DNA from: Malacoraja senta
Lineage: Eukaryota
DNA: 64,000 nt
Assembly: GCA_038087875.1 (NCBI GenBank)
Contig: JAXLNO010004385.1
Span: forward strand, 62,001 to 126,000
Direction of reading: 5' to 3'
This document shows positions 48,885 to 60,790 of this stretch, piece after piece (positions within the stretch are counted from its first letter, which is position 1; the number at the start of each line of letters is the position of its first letter). The notes under the pieces are model-generated. The model was not told where the DNA came from and did not search any database. It saw only the letters and a list, made by a program, of their open reading frames with translations. The position numbers and the translations under genes were made by a program.

Positions 48885-49413
48885 TCTCTATATAACTAAA
48901 AGTCTTTGGCTTGTTTGTGCCCACGATGTGTCTGTGTGTGTGTCAATCTGGTAAATTCCTGTCTTCTTCCTAATGCTAGGCCACAGCCTTCCTATTTTCA
49001 CACATCTTACTCACATTTTTCCCGTGGTGGCAATAAACATCTTCCCATCACATTTCCACCTATATTTCCGAAGTTATTAATCGTTAAATTTTAAAAACAG
49101 TTTGATTTCTTCAAACTCTTCCATTTTGGAAACAAAATCCGAGTGACTTCACAATGCACTCGCGAGGCAGGACAGGGCCACTCCAGGAGGGACGGACACT
49201 CCAGTGCTCCAACCCTCCTTCCCCCCTCCCCACCCCCCTCCAGTGCACCAATCACGATGGGCTCTCAAGCTGCCGAGTGCCACACCCCCTGCCCCCTCCC
49301 CCTCATCATGATTAAAGTGTTTTTTTAAGCCAAACGGGTTGCGTTGGGGGGACGGGTGAGTGCTGGAATATTGCGTTGGGGGAGCAGACCCAACGGGTCT
49401 GCACTTGGTCTGG
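48885..49413 (+). mobile_element. Non-autonomous Helitron (529 bp)
   Basis: 5' TC end (TCTCTATATAACTAAAAG) follows A48884. The 3' hairpin GCAGACCC-AAC-GGGTCTGC (49384-49402) is followed by a CTGG end before T49414. There is no TSD, and excision restores the LINE tail GGACA|TATGACAATAAAAC. Confidence 0.85.
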
Positions 49414-50664
49414 TATGACAATAAAACAATATTGATTCTTGAATGTACATAAAGTATCTTTGGATTCTTCTTTGCCAGAGTTGACAACAAAATTGATAAG
49501 TATATTAGGTAATGATAATTGTTATCTAAGATTACAAAATAATGTTGATCAACCGGAAAGGTATGGAGGTGAGGGGATGGGAGGTGAGGGGGGGGGGGAA
49601 GGAATGCCAGTTGAAATCTAACTCAAACAAGTGTGATTTGATGCATTTTGGGAATTCAAATCATGACTGGCCAAATCTATTGCAGGATTGTAAATGGAGC
49701 TGTACCTTGGTGTACAATTACATAGTTCCCTGAAAATGGCATCATAGTTTGATAGGGTAGTGAAGGGAATATATGTCTGAAGAATCGCCTCAATCCAAAA
49801 CGTCACCCATTCCTTCTCTCCATAAATATTGCCGCTGAGTCTCTCTAGCTTTTTGTGTCTATCTTCGGTTTACATTAGCATCTGCTGTTCATTCCTACAC
49901 AGAGTATATGTTGTGCCTTGTTTCCTCAGCCATGGTACTGAGGACTAGGGTTGGGGTGTCATGTTACAGTTGTACAGAATGTTGAACAGGCAACCATTAA
50001 TCTGTCCAGGGGCTCAGCTGATTTGTTGCACAATAGACTCTAATCCAAGTTCTGAACTCCGAAAAGAAAATCAAGAAATTCAAGTTGCCACTCATCCAGG
50101 GACTGAATAACAAAACACATCTTAGTGTTGCTTATCTGGCTTGAGAACTCTTAACATTGATCTATTTTGCTTCATACTGTAGTCCATTTAATAAACTGGT
50201 CATCCCCAGACATCCTGTGTCCACACTTTCCCAAGGGCACCTCACCTATTTTCAGCTCTGCTCTCAACAAGTATCAATCACATTATCCCTCTCTCTATCT
50301 ATCATCTCTCTCCATCTCACTATATATCTCTCTCTCTCTATCTCCCTATTTCCCTCCATCTATTTATCCCTCCATCTCTCATCCCTCAGCTCTATCTCTC
50401 TTTCCTTCATCTCTTTCATTTCTGCAAATTGAAATCATTAATCAGTCTGAGAGCACTGTGTGTGATTGAATGACACCAGAGCATCAGTCCCTGAGGCATA
50501 CCACTGGTCACAGGCTTCCTATGTAAAAAAAACAACCCTCCACTACCACTCTCTGACTCCTACCACCAAGCCAACTTTGTGTCCAATTGACTAGCTCACC
50601 CTGGATCCCATGTTTTCCAACCTAATGGACCAGCCACCCATGTGGGGCCTTGCTGAAGGATGGC

Positions 50665-50970
50665 ATGGTGGCATAGTCGTAAGGCTACTGCATTACAGTG
50701 CCAGAGATCTGGGTTCAATCCTGACTACAAGTGCTTTTCTATATGGAGTTTGTACGTTCTCTCCGTGACCTGCGTAGGTTTTCTCCAAGATCTTCGGTTT
50801 CCTCCCACACTCCAAAGACGTACAGGTTTGTACGTTAATTGGCTTGGTATAAAAGGTAAAATTACCCCTAGTGTGTGTAGGGTAGTGTTAAAATGTGGGG
50901 ATCGCTGGTCGGTGCAGGCCCGGTGGGCTGTAGGGTCTGTTTCCTCACTGTATCTCTAAACTAAACTAAA
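50665..50970 (+). mobile_element. V-SINE (HE1-like)
   Basis: tRNA head, V-domain, (TAAAC)n tail. Confidence 0.8.
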
Positions 50971-51213
50971 CATAGACAACATCTGTCATCCAATCACACA
51001 CTGGGCAATTTACAAAATTCAATTAACCAACCAACTCGCATGTCTTTGAGATATAGGAGGAACGGAGCATTTGGTGGAGATCCACGTGTCATAGGGAGAA
51101 CAAGAAAATGATACACGTTGCACCCGAGATCAGGATTGAATCCAAGTTGCTGTAGCAGAGGGGCACCAATTCTGCCAGTTGCCTCAATGTACTGCCTTTT
51201 AAAAAGAAAATTC

Positions 51214-51531
51214 AAAGCCTGTCCCAATGTACGAGGTAATTCAAGAGCTCTCCCGAGTTTAAAAAAAAATCAAACTCGTGGTAAGCACGTAGATGGTACG
51301 TAGCGGGTACGTCGGAGCTCGGGACATCTCCTAGCGGCTCGTAACGCTAACGGCAGGTACTCGGGAAACGCGGTAAGCTCGTGAAGACTCGTGAAGATTT
51401 TTCAACATGTTGAAAAAAGTCCACGAGAGCCCCAAGTACCTACGAGCGGCTATTACCGTAATTCTCCGAGTTCGAATCAGGGGAAACTCGGGAGAACTCT
51501 TGAATTAGCTCGTACAGTGGGACAGGGCCTT
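51214..51531. mobile_element. PIF/Harbinger-type MITE, second copy, inverted relative to 38127-38395
   Basis: TIR ..GCCTGTCCCAATGTACGAG / CTCGTACAGTGGGACAGGGCC; internal sequence is the reverse complement of the first copy plus an extra segment of roughly 50 bp. Confidence 0.75.
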
Positions 51532-51576
51532 TAAGCTGTGTCTGCGTTGTCCATGCACACACTCTCAGGGCAGAAT

Positions 51577-51880
51577 TAGTTTAGTTTAGTTTAGAGATAC
51601 AGCATGGAAACAGGCCGTTCGGCCTACCAAATTTGCGAAGACCAATGATCCCTTTACATTGGCACTTTCCTACACACACTAGGTACAAATTACAATTTGC
51701 AAACCAATTAACCTACAAACCTGTACGTCTTTGGAGTGTGGGAGGAAACTGGAGCACCCGGAGAAAACCCATGCGTTCACCCAACATACAAACTCCGTGT
51801 GGACCGCACCCATAGTCAGGATCGAACCCTGGTGTCTGGTGCTATAAGGCAGCAACTCTACCGCTGCGCCACCCTGCCGC
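51577..51880 (-). mobile_element. V-SINE (HE1-like)
   Basis: Tail, V-domain and head. Confidence 0.78.
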
Positions 51881-52269
51881 CCCTAAGTATAGATATAGGG
51901 AAAGATACAGCAGCCTGAAAACCGTGACAACCAGATTCAAGAATAGTCTCTTCTCAGCAATCATCAGGCTCTTCAACACCACACAAAACTAACTTCAGCA
52001 TCTATGATCATCTACGGACTGTCTTTGAATGTAATATGAATTTAGTTTTTTGCACTATTATGATAGTCCAGTATTACAGTTATTAATTTATTGTTTTATT
52101 GGTTGTTTTATATTATCTCTGTGTTATTGCAGTTACATGCAGGTGAAGCTGCAGCAAGTCAGAATTTTGTTGTTCTATTGTTGATACATATGACAATTAA
52201 ACAACTCTTACCTCGCATTTGATTTTGGGTAAAGCTCACTCCATATTACCCCCACCATACACTCAGGAA

Positions 52270-53330
52270 AAGTACAAGGAACAAGTACATGTTTAAGAAA
52301 GAACTGCAGATGCTGGAAAAAACCAAGGTAGACAAAAATGCTGGAGAAACTCAGCAGTGAGGCAGCATCTATGGAGCAAAGGAATAGGTGACGTTTTGGG
52401 TCGAGACTCTTCTTCAGACTGATATGGGGGTGTGGGGCGGGAAGAAGAAAGGAAGAGGTGGAAATAGTAGGCTGTGGGAGAGCTTCGAAGGGGAGGGGAA
52501 GGAGGGAGAAAGCAAAGACTACCTGAAAATGGAGGTCAATGTTCATACCGCTGGGGTGTAAACTACCCAAGCGAAAAATGATATGCTGCTCCTCCAATTT
52601 GCGGAGGGTCTTACTCTGGCCGTGGAGGAGACCCAGGACAGAAAGGTCGGATTCTGAATGGGAGGGGGAGTTGAAGTGCTGAGCCACTGGGAGATCAGGT
52701 TGGTTAATGCGGACTGAGCGGAGGTGTTGGGCGAAGCGATCGCCAATCCTGCGCTTGGTCTCACCGATGTAGAGCAGTTGACACCTAGAGCAGCGGATGC
52801 AATAGATGAGGTTGGAGGAGGGGCAGGTGAACTTCTGCCTCACTTGGAAAGACTGCTTAGGCCCTTGGATGGAGTCAAGGGGGGAGATAAAGCGACAAGT
52901 GTAGCATTTCCTGCGGTTGCAAGTGAAAGTGCCAGGGGAGGGGAAGGTTAAGGAACGGGGCTTCTTCTCTTCGACTGTAGATGAGGCTCTCAGCAGGGTC
53001 TCTTCTATATCTCGTTGCTCCGCTCTCACTCCCCATCCCCCCACTCGTGACAAGTCCCCCTTGTCCTCACATTACACCCTACCAGCCGTCACATACAACA
53101 GATAATCCTCCGACATATTCGCCACCTCCAACGGGATCCCATCACTGGCCACATCTTCTCATCTTCTCCCCTTTCAGCTTTCTGAAGAGACTGCACCCTC
53201 TGTAACTCCCTGGTCAATTTGTCCCTTCCCACCCAAACCACTCCCTCCCCTGGTACTTTCCCTTGCAACTGCAGGAAATGCTACACTTGTCGCTTTACCT
53301 CCCCCCTTAACTCCATCCAAGGACCTAGGC
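52270..53330 (-). mobile_element. Penelope-like element 3' part (GIY-YIG endonuclease) with an inverted partial duplication
   Basis: ORF 52208-53053: CNRRKCYTC...SNLIYCIRCSRCQLLYIGETKRR...QHLRSV. Terminus with hammerhead-like core near 52390-52420. The + strand 52990-53330 repeats upstream PLE sequence in the opposite orientation. Confidence 0.88.
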
Positions 53331-54129
53331 ATGCCATGCTATCCAAACAGATTGGATATACCATACACAGATATAATCAATTAAAAGGGGAATAATATCA
53401 TGCAGCATAACAATCTCAGCATTGTAGCGCATCAGTTCCAGTGAGAAACACCAATGATCTCGGTGGATAGAGGTAAATCATACTTACCATAAGCTACAGA
53501 AAAACTGTTCAGTAGCCAGATAACAGAGGGGAAGAAGCTGTCGCTGAGGCTGGTGGTACGTGCCTTCAATCTTCTGCACCTTCTGCCAAACGGGAGCCAA
53601 ACTTATCCATGCCTTTCATAATTTTACATACTTCTATCAGGGCTCCCCTCAACTAATTGGAGCAGGGAACCAATGTAAGGACAGTTTTGGCAATGATACA
53701 AAAATAGATGAAATGGCACGGTTTAATGAGGAAAGTATGATTTTACAACAGGATATAGATAGCTTGAGTGATTAGTCAAAACCTGGCTAATGTGTTTAAT
53801 GTGGGAAACTGTGAGGTCATGCTGAAGATAGACACAAAATGCTGGAATAACTCAGCGGGACAGGCAGCATCTCTAGATAGAAGGAATGGGTGACGTTTCA
53901 GGTCGAGACCCATTTTCGGACTGTAGAACTCTCGTTGGAGAGAGGAGAACTTCTTCAAAGTAGGCATACCTTGAGGAGATTTCTCAGTGGAGCAGCCAAA
54001 TTGTGTAGGAAGGAACTGCAAATGCTGCTTCACACTGAAGGTAGACACAAAATGCTGGAGTAACTTAGCAGGACAAGCAGCATCTCTAGGTAGAATTGGT
54101 GATGTTTCGAGTCATGCTCTTTGGCATAA

Positions 54130-54890
54130 GGAATCAAGTCAACTTGCCCCAATCAGTATCAATGGTGCCAAAGTAGAAATGATTGAGAGCTTCAAATTCT
54201 TTGGTGTAAATATTACCAACGAACCTTGATGGACCAACCACATTGAAGGGACAGCCAAGAAGGCACACCAATGCCTCCATTTCCTCAGACGACTGAGGAA
54301 ATTTGGTATGTGTCCAATGACTCTTACCAACTTCCATAGATGCACCATAGAAAGCATACTATCAGGTTACATCACAGCTTGTTTTCAGAATAGCTTTGCC
54401 CAAGACCACAAGATATTGCAGAGAGGTGTAGATGTAGCACAGTCCATCACACAGACCAGACTGCCCATCATTGTCTCCATTTACACTTCCTGCCTCTTCA
54501 GGAAGACAGCCAACATAGTCAAAGACCTTTCTCACACTAGTGATTCCTTTTTTCTCCACTTCCATCAGGCAGAAGATGCAGAGCTTAAAGGTGTAGAGCA
54601 CCAGACACAGGAACAGCTTCTTCTCCTCTGTTATCAGGCTTTTGAATGTTCCATGTGCTAGGACCCATTCCCAATTCTCCTTTACCTCAATATGGCCATT
54701 GGATTTTGTCTCTGGAACTGTTGTACAATAATGTTGAGAGCTATATTCTTCACTCTGTATCTTATCCTTCAGTCTGCCTATTGTACTTGCGTTTGGCTTG
54801 ATAGTATTTATGTATACAACAGCAAACACAATGCTTTTCACCGTACCTTGGTACACATCACAATAACAAACCTCAAGCTAAACCTTAAAT
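54130..54890 (+). mobile_element. Rex1/Babar-type LINE 3' fragment
   Basis: IESFKFFGVNIT...LHFLRRLRKFG...LTNFHRCTIESILSGYITA; tail TTTCACCGTACCTTGGTACACATCACAATAA. Confidence 0.72.
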
Positions 54891-55619
54891 GGTGGATTCT
54901 TGTCTAAATGGAGAGAGACTGTAACTGAGTGAAGTTCAGATGGGATCTTGGTATTCAAGTGCATGCATCAAATTAAGTTAGTAGCAGGCCCAGTAACCAA
55001 TGGAAAAAATGCAGTCTTTACTGCAAAGGGGATGGAATTTAAGAACAGGGAAGTTATATTGGAATTATGCAGGATGATAGTGAGTCAATAACTGGAAAAC
55101 CGCACACAGTTTAACATTAAATAGGGTATAGGAGCATTGGATGCAGACCAGGTGAAATTCACCAAACTAAGTCAAGAGATGAAAAGGTTGTCCCATCAAG
55201 AGCGGTAAACACTTTAGGTCTGCATTCCTTGGAGTGTAGAAAGTGATGAGTGACCTTATTCACACATGCAATATCTTAAGGGGCTTTTCATGATAGATGT
55301 TGAGATGTTTCACTGGTGGGAAAGTCTAAAAACAATGGGAAACAACTACAGAATAAGGGACCAGTTGTTTAAAAGTGAGGTACATAAAAATTACTTCTTT
55401 CAGAATGGTGTGAATCGCTGGAATTCTGTGCCCAGAGGTGGTGGTGGCTAAGGCATTAGATATGCTTATGAACAGATAGAGAAATCTTTGAAAGATTCAG
55501 GCAATTGACGGTTTTGGGGTAAAGGAACAGAGGAGTAGTCCACTTCTGCTATTTTTACTTGTGTTGTGGACGATTACCCTCATGAATAAAGTTAGAACTT
55601 GCAACCAACATTTCAATCA

Positions 55620-56140
55620 GAGGGGCACAGCAGTGGAGTTACTTCCTTGCAGTACCTGTGACTCCGGTTTGATCCTGACTAAGGGTGCTGTCTGTACCAA
55701 CTTTGTATGTTCTCTCTGTGACTGCATGGGTTTTCCCTGGTGCTTTTGTTTCCTCCCAGTTCCAAAGACCTGCAGGTTTATAGGTTAATTGGCATCTGTA
55801 AATTGTCCTATGTGTATAGGATAGAACTGTGTAGGCAGCATGGTGACGCAAAGGGGTGGCACGGAGTAGCAGCGGTAGAGTTGCTACAGTGGCAGAGACC
55901 CAGGTTTGATCTTGACCATGGGTGCTGTATGTATGGATTTTTTACGTTCTCCCTGTGACCTGTGTGGGTTTTCTCTGGGGCTTCCAGCTTCCTCCCACAC
56001 TCCAAAGACATGCAGGTTTGCAGGTTAATTGCTCCAGGTGTGTGTAGGATAGTGTTAGTGTGGGGGGATCACTGGTCAGCACAGACTCAGTGGGCCTAAG
56101 GGCCTGTTTCAAGGCTGTACCTCTAAACCAAACTAATCTA
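55620..56140 (+). mobile_element. Two tandem V-SINE copies (about 55620-55830 partial; 55856-56140)
   Basis: Two tRNA heads and two V-domains in series. Confidence 0.75.
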
Positions 56141-57684
56141 AGGAGCTGAGGCCAACTGAACAGTGATCATTTTATTGAATGGTGGGACAAGTTTGGTGAC
56201 TATTCTCAGGGGCTGATAGCCTACTACTGTTCTATTTCCTCCTGTTCTTGATAGTTCCCCTCATGGAGGAAACTAGACCTTGGAGGCCAAGGTTTCAAAC
56301 TGAGGAGAAAATTGTTTTATTTTTCTCCCAGATGATAACGAATCATGGGAATTTTCAACTGCAGAGTGTAGATTCATTACGTTACTGAGAAGGATGGATT
56401 TGTTTCTTTGGGAAGTTGTTGGTTACTGGCTACAGACTCTTCTGGTCATGAGTAGATCAGTCATGACCTAATTGAGCTGCAGAACAGACTTTACTCATGG
56501 CCAACAAGTACTTCATTTTTCTTGTGATCTCTACAATTACCCACTACAATCATTGCACTCTTACTTGTTTATGATTGCACTCACGTATGGTGTATTATGA
56601 CTGGATAGCATGCAAAACATGGTATTTCACCGTATTTTTGTACACATTACAATAATAAACTCAACTTTAGGGAGAAGGGAGCAGAATAATGTGGCCTCTA
56701 TCAGTGGTTGAGTAATATGGACTAAAACATTGGTTTGGACTAATTCTGCCAGTGGCTTGTGGGCCTATTCCTGCTTCTCCTTTCTTGTGTTCATGTATTT
56801 GATGTCTCTTGCTTACTGTGGTCACTGCTGTGAGTTATAACTCCAGTAACATAAGCAAATTAGTTCAGCACTATCCGAGCAAAATTAAAAGCATTTTTAA
56901 AAATGCAGACTTAAATCTGATGTAGTGAGGGAGAAACACAGACATCTTTGGGTTGATTGAAATGATTTTGGTTAAGAGCTGAAAATTAAAATGAATAGAA
57001 ATTAACATTTTGACATTAGGCTTCAGAGGTACATCACGGAAGCAGGCCCTTCGGCCCACCGAGTCCTCGCTAACTCCCCGTACAATAGTACTATACCACG
57101 ACAGGTGACAATTTACAATTTTACCAAAGCAAATTAACCTAAAAACCTGTACTTCTTTGAGATGTGGGAGGAAACTGGAGCACCCAGAGAAAAACAATGC
57201 AGTCACGCATGGAGATGCAGGGAGAATGTACAAACACCGTACAGACAGCACCGTTAGTCAGAATCAACCTGAGTCTCTGCTGCTATAGGCAGCAACTCTA
57301 CCGTTGCAACACTGAGGATATCTTGAATTACAAAAGCAATATTTTGGGCTCATCACCAACCATACCAGCACCTGCATTCTTTATATGGTACATTGATATG
57401 GAGTTTATTGCATTGAAACAGGCCCACAAGCCTGCCCTGTTGTTCAATACAATCCCTCAGTCATTCCTGATCTGGTTTGATTAGGATGCAAATAAAAGCT
57501 TTTCACTATATCACAATACAAGTGACAATAATAAACCAATACCAATGCTATTGTGTAAGTTCTCCCCATATCGGATATAGATCCTTGATAAATTTGTAGA
57601 CACCATCGCCGTCTATATCCACCACCATTTGCTCCACAGTTTCAATGTCCAAACTAGCTTCCAATATAACTGTTTTACAGAATT

Positions 57685-58215
57685 CCATTTTGAGTTGAAA
57701 GATACAACATGGAAACAGGCCCTTCAGCCCACCATGCTGACCACCGATCACCCCTTCACACTAGTTCAATGTCATCCCACTTTTTGGTCCAATCCCCACA
57801 CACACTAGGGGAAATTTACAGATGTCAATTAACTGACAAACCCACACACCTGTGGAATGTGGGAGAAAACCAGAGCACCCGGGAAGAACCCAGATGGTCA
57901 CAGGAAGAAGGAACAAAATCTATACAGTAGCTAGACAAAAATGCTGGAGAAACCCAGGGGGTGAGGCAGCATCTATGGAGCGAAGGAATAGTTTTGGGTC
58001 AAGACCCTTCTTGGAGGGTTTCGACCAGAAACGTCGCCTATTCCTTTGCTCCATAGATGCTGCCTCACCCGCTGAGTTTCTCCAGCATTTTTGTCTACCT
58101 TCGATTTTTCCAGCATCTGCAGTTCTTTCTTAAAGAAAATCTACACAGACAATACCAGAGGTCAGGATCTAACGCTGGTCTCTGGTGCTGTGAGGCAGCA
58201 GCTCTACCTGCTGTG
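57685..58215 (-). mobile_element. V-SINE interrupted by Penelope-terminus sequence (about 57925-58135)
   Basis: The SINE tail/V-domain (57685-57920) and head (58140-58215) flank two opposed Penelope terminal fragments. Confidence 0.65.
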
Positions 58216-58718
58216 TACAGTGTTTGGTTTCCTCCTTTTTGTTCTGCATTGTAATGATTCAAGTCAGGATAGGCATTGGATTTATGGGTCTCCTGAATCA
58301 TAACATAAGGAGCAGTTAGCAGCATAAGAATGGAGTTATCTGAAACGTAATTACAGTTCCAGGCAACTACGCCCTGCCTTTCCATTCCATTTGCTATAGA
58401 GTGCGATAAAACCAAAGTGCTGGAGTAACTCAGCAGGTCGGGCAACATCTCTGGAGGACATTGACAGGCGCTGTTTCAGATTGGGACCCTACTTCAGACT
58501 GACAATAGTCACCTATCCTTTTTCTCCAAAGATGCTGCTCGACCCGTTGAGTTACTCCAGCGCTTTGTGTCTATCGTCACCTATCTATGCCCTCCGGAGT
58601 TGCCACCTGACCTGCTGAGTTACACCAGCACTTTGGGTCTTTTGTTGTTGTAAATCAGCATCAGCACCTCCTCGTGTCTCCATTGCAGTCAATTGTTTCC
58701 TGCTGGTTCAATGACATC

Positions 58719-58762
58719 GCTCAACAACTGGTGACGACCCGTGGTATTTTTATTCTGATTGC
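58719..58762 (+). promoter_or_regulatory. Second X1-X2-Y-like promoter module
   Basis: X1-like CTCAACAACTGG, X2 TGACG (58732-58736), 21-nt spacer, Y-like CTGATTGC (ATTGC 58758-58762; one mismatch to CTGATTGG). Confidence 0.5.
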
Positions 58763-58836
58763 ATGATGAGATCCTGCTTTGATGTTGGTGAATTTTGGCT
58801 CAGTTGCTGCTGTTGATGCGAGACGTTGTGCGTGAA

Positions 58837-58888
58837 ATGATTCTGTTCATCTTGTTGAGTTTCTTCCGCGTACAAGGGGCTCAAGCAG
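58837..58888 (+). CDS. Signal-peptide exon of a second gene, probably an MHC class I-like paralog (MILFILLSFFRVQGAQA)
   Basis: 52-nt exon (same size as exon 1 of the first gene), AQA cleavage motif, strong phase-1 donor G|GTAAGT. There is an in-frame upstream ATG at 58816. No downstream exons were recognised in the window. Confidence 0.65.
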
Positions 58889-59184
58889 GTAAGTTAATGA
58901 TTCTCATTTTATTCACTACTGGCTAAAAGCGTCTTGGCTTTATCTCAATCTTGACCGGAGGCGACTGAGTTTAAACAAGCGCGCAATACACATTCAGTCT
59001 GATTCATGGTTCATGCGGACGGACGTTAAAAGGGTTTAATCTCCACTGTTTCAGTACAATCCAGACTGGAATTTCTGCTTTGATTTGCACAATGCCCCAT
59101 TTCCTTTGTGGAAGAAGGAACTACAGATATTGGTTTAAACTGATTTTAACTCGTGTAAAACAAACAGGAGCGAGGCATTCACTA

Positions 59185-60095
59185 GGGTTTCCTCGCTGCT
59201 CCGCTCTTGCTCTCCCTTCCCCCCACATTCGTAACAAGGACAGAGTCCCCCTTGTCCTCACCTTCCACCCCATCAGCCGTCGCACAGCATATGATCCTCC
59301 ATCATTTTTTGCCACCTCCAACAGGATCCCAATACTGGCCACATCTTCCCATCTCCACCTCTTTCTGCTTTCCGTGGAGACCATTCCCTCCGAAATTCCC
59401 TGGTCAACTCGTCCTTTTCCACCCAAACCACCCCCTCCCCAGGTACTTTCCCCTGCAACCGCAGGAGATGCAACACGTGTCCCTTTCCCTCCCTTCTCGA
59501 CTCCATCCAAGGACCCAAACAGTCTTTCCAGGTGAGGCAGAGGTTCACTTGCACCTCCTCCAACCTCATCTACTGTATCCGCAGTTGCAGGTGTCAACTT
59601 CTCTACATCAGTGAGGCCAAGCACAGGCTCGGCAATCATTTCACTGAACTACTCCGCTCTGTCCATCTTAACCTACCTGATCTCCTGGTTGCTCAGCACT
59701 TCAACTTCCCCTCCCATTCACAATCTGACCTTTCTGTCCTGGGCCTCCTCCATTGTCAGGGTGAGGCCCAGTGCAAATTGGAGGAATAGCACCTCATATT
59801 TCACTTGGGTAGTTTACACCCCAGCGGTATGAACATTGACTTCTCTAACTTTAAATTGCCCTTGCTTTCCCTCTCTATCCCCTCCCCCTTCCCAGTTCTT
59901 CCACTAGTCTTAGTGTCTTCAACTACATTCTATCTTTGTCCCGTCAACTCCCCTGACATCAGTCTGAAGAAGGGTCTCGACCCGATAGGTCGCCCATTCC
60001 TTCTCTCCAGAGATGCTGCTGGCCTGCTGAGTTACTCCAGCATTTTGTGTCTACCTTCGAGTTAAACCAGCATCTGCAGTTCTATCCTACACAAA
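59185..60095 (+). mobile_element. Penelope-like element 3' part
   Basis: RNKDRVPLVLTFHP...CNRRRCNTC...SNLIYCIRSCRCQLLYISEAK...DLSVLGLLH; degenerate hammerhead core at 59964. Confidence 0.88.
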
Positions 60096-60329
60096 GTGCA
60101 TTGTTTGACAGGTTCAAGTTTATGGCCAAATTCCTCGTATGTTGCAAAACATACTTGGCGAATAAAGTGTGATTCTGATTCTGATTGATCTGATTCTGAA
60201 ATGTGGGAAGAGAGCGAGGCACTAGTACAATGCAAAATCATTAAAAGATTAGCACACACTGTGGATTTTGCTATTGACTGAGTGACAACTCTTAGCTCCA
60301 AACGTGCGGTCGTCACGTTTATGTTGTTT

Positions 60330-60790
60330 AGTAGTGATGTGGCCAAGTTTGCAGATGATGCTAAAATAGGTGGAGGGGCAGGCAGTGTAGAGGATGCAAG
60401 GACTTTGCAGAAGGACTTGTTCGGGTTAGGAGAGTGGGCAGAGAAGTGGCAGATGAAATCCAGTATAGCAAAGTGTGGAGACATGCATCTTGGTAATAAG
60501 AATAAAGGCGTAGATTATTTTACAAATGGAGAGAGAATCCAGAAATTGGAGGCACACAGTGACATGGGAGTGTTGGTGCAGGACTCCTAAAAGGTTAATT
60601 TGCAAATTGAATCGGTAGTCAGGAAGGTGATTTATATCAAGAGGACTGGAATACAAAAACAGAAAATGCCGCCCGATTTGTAAGAGTGTCAAAGGTCACA
60701 GGGAGATGACAGGAGAACGGCACTGAGAGGGAACGATAGGTCAGCCATGATTAAATTGTGGAGTAAACTCGATGGGCTGAACAACCAAAT
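60330..60790 (+). mobile_element. CR1 RT fragment
   Basis: VAKFADDAKIGG...LGEWAEKWQM. Confidence 0.8.

Noticed and set aside
4447-49598. Long poly-C/poly-G runs (e.g. 4447-4460, 4855-4874, 19888-19903, 27393-27407)
   Set aside because: They are homopolymers within repeats, prone to length error, with no recurring structure suggesting function.
14105-57310. tRNA genes
   Set aside because: All tRNA-like A/B-box sequences are SINE heads fused to V or CORE domains; I saw no complete cloverleaf.
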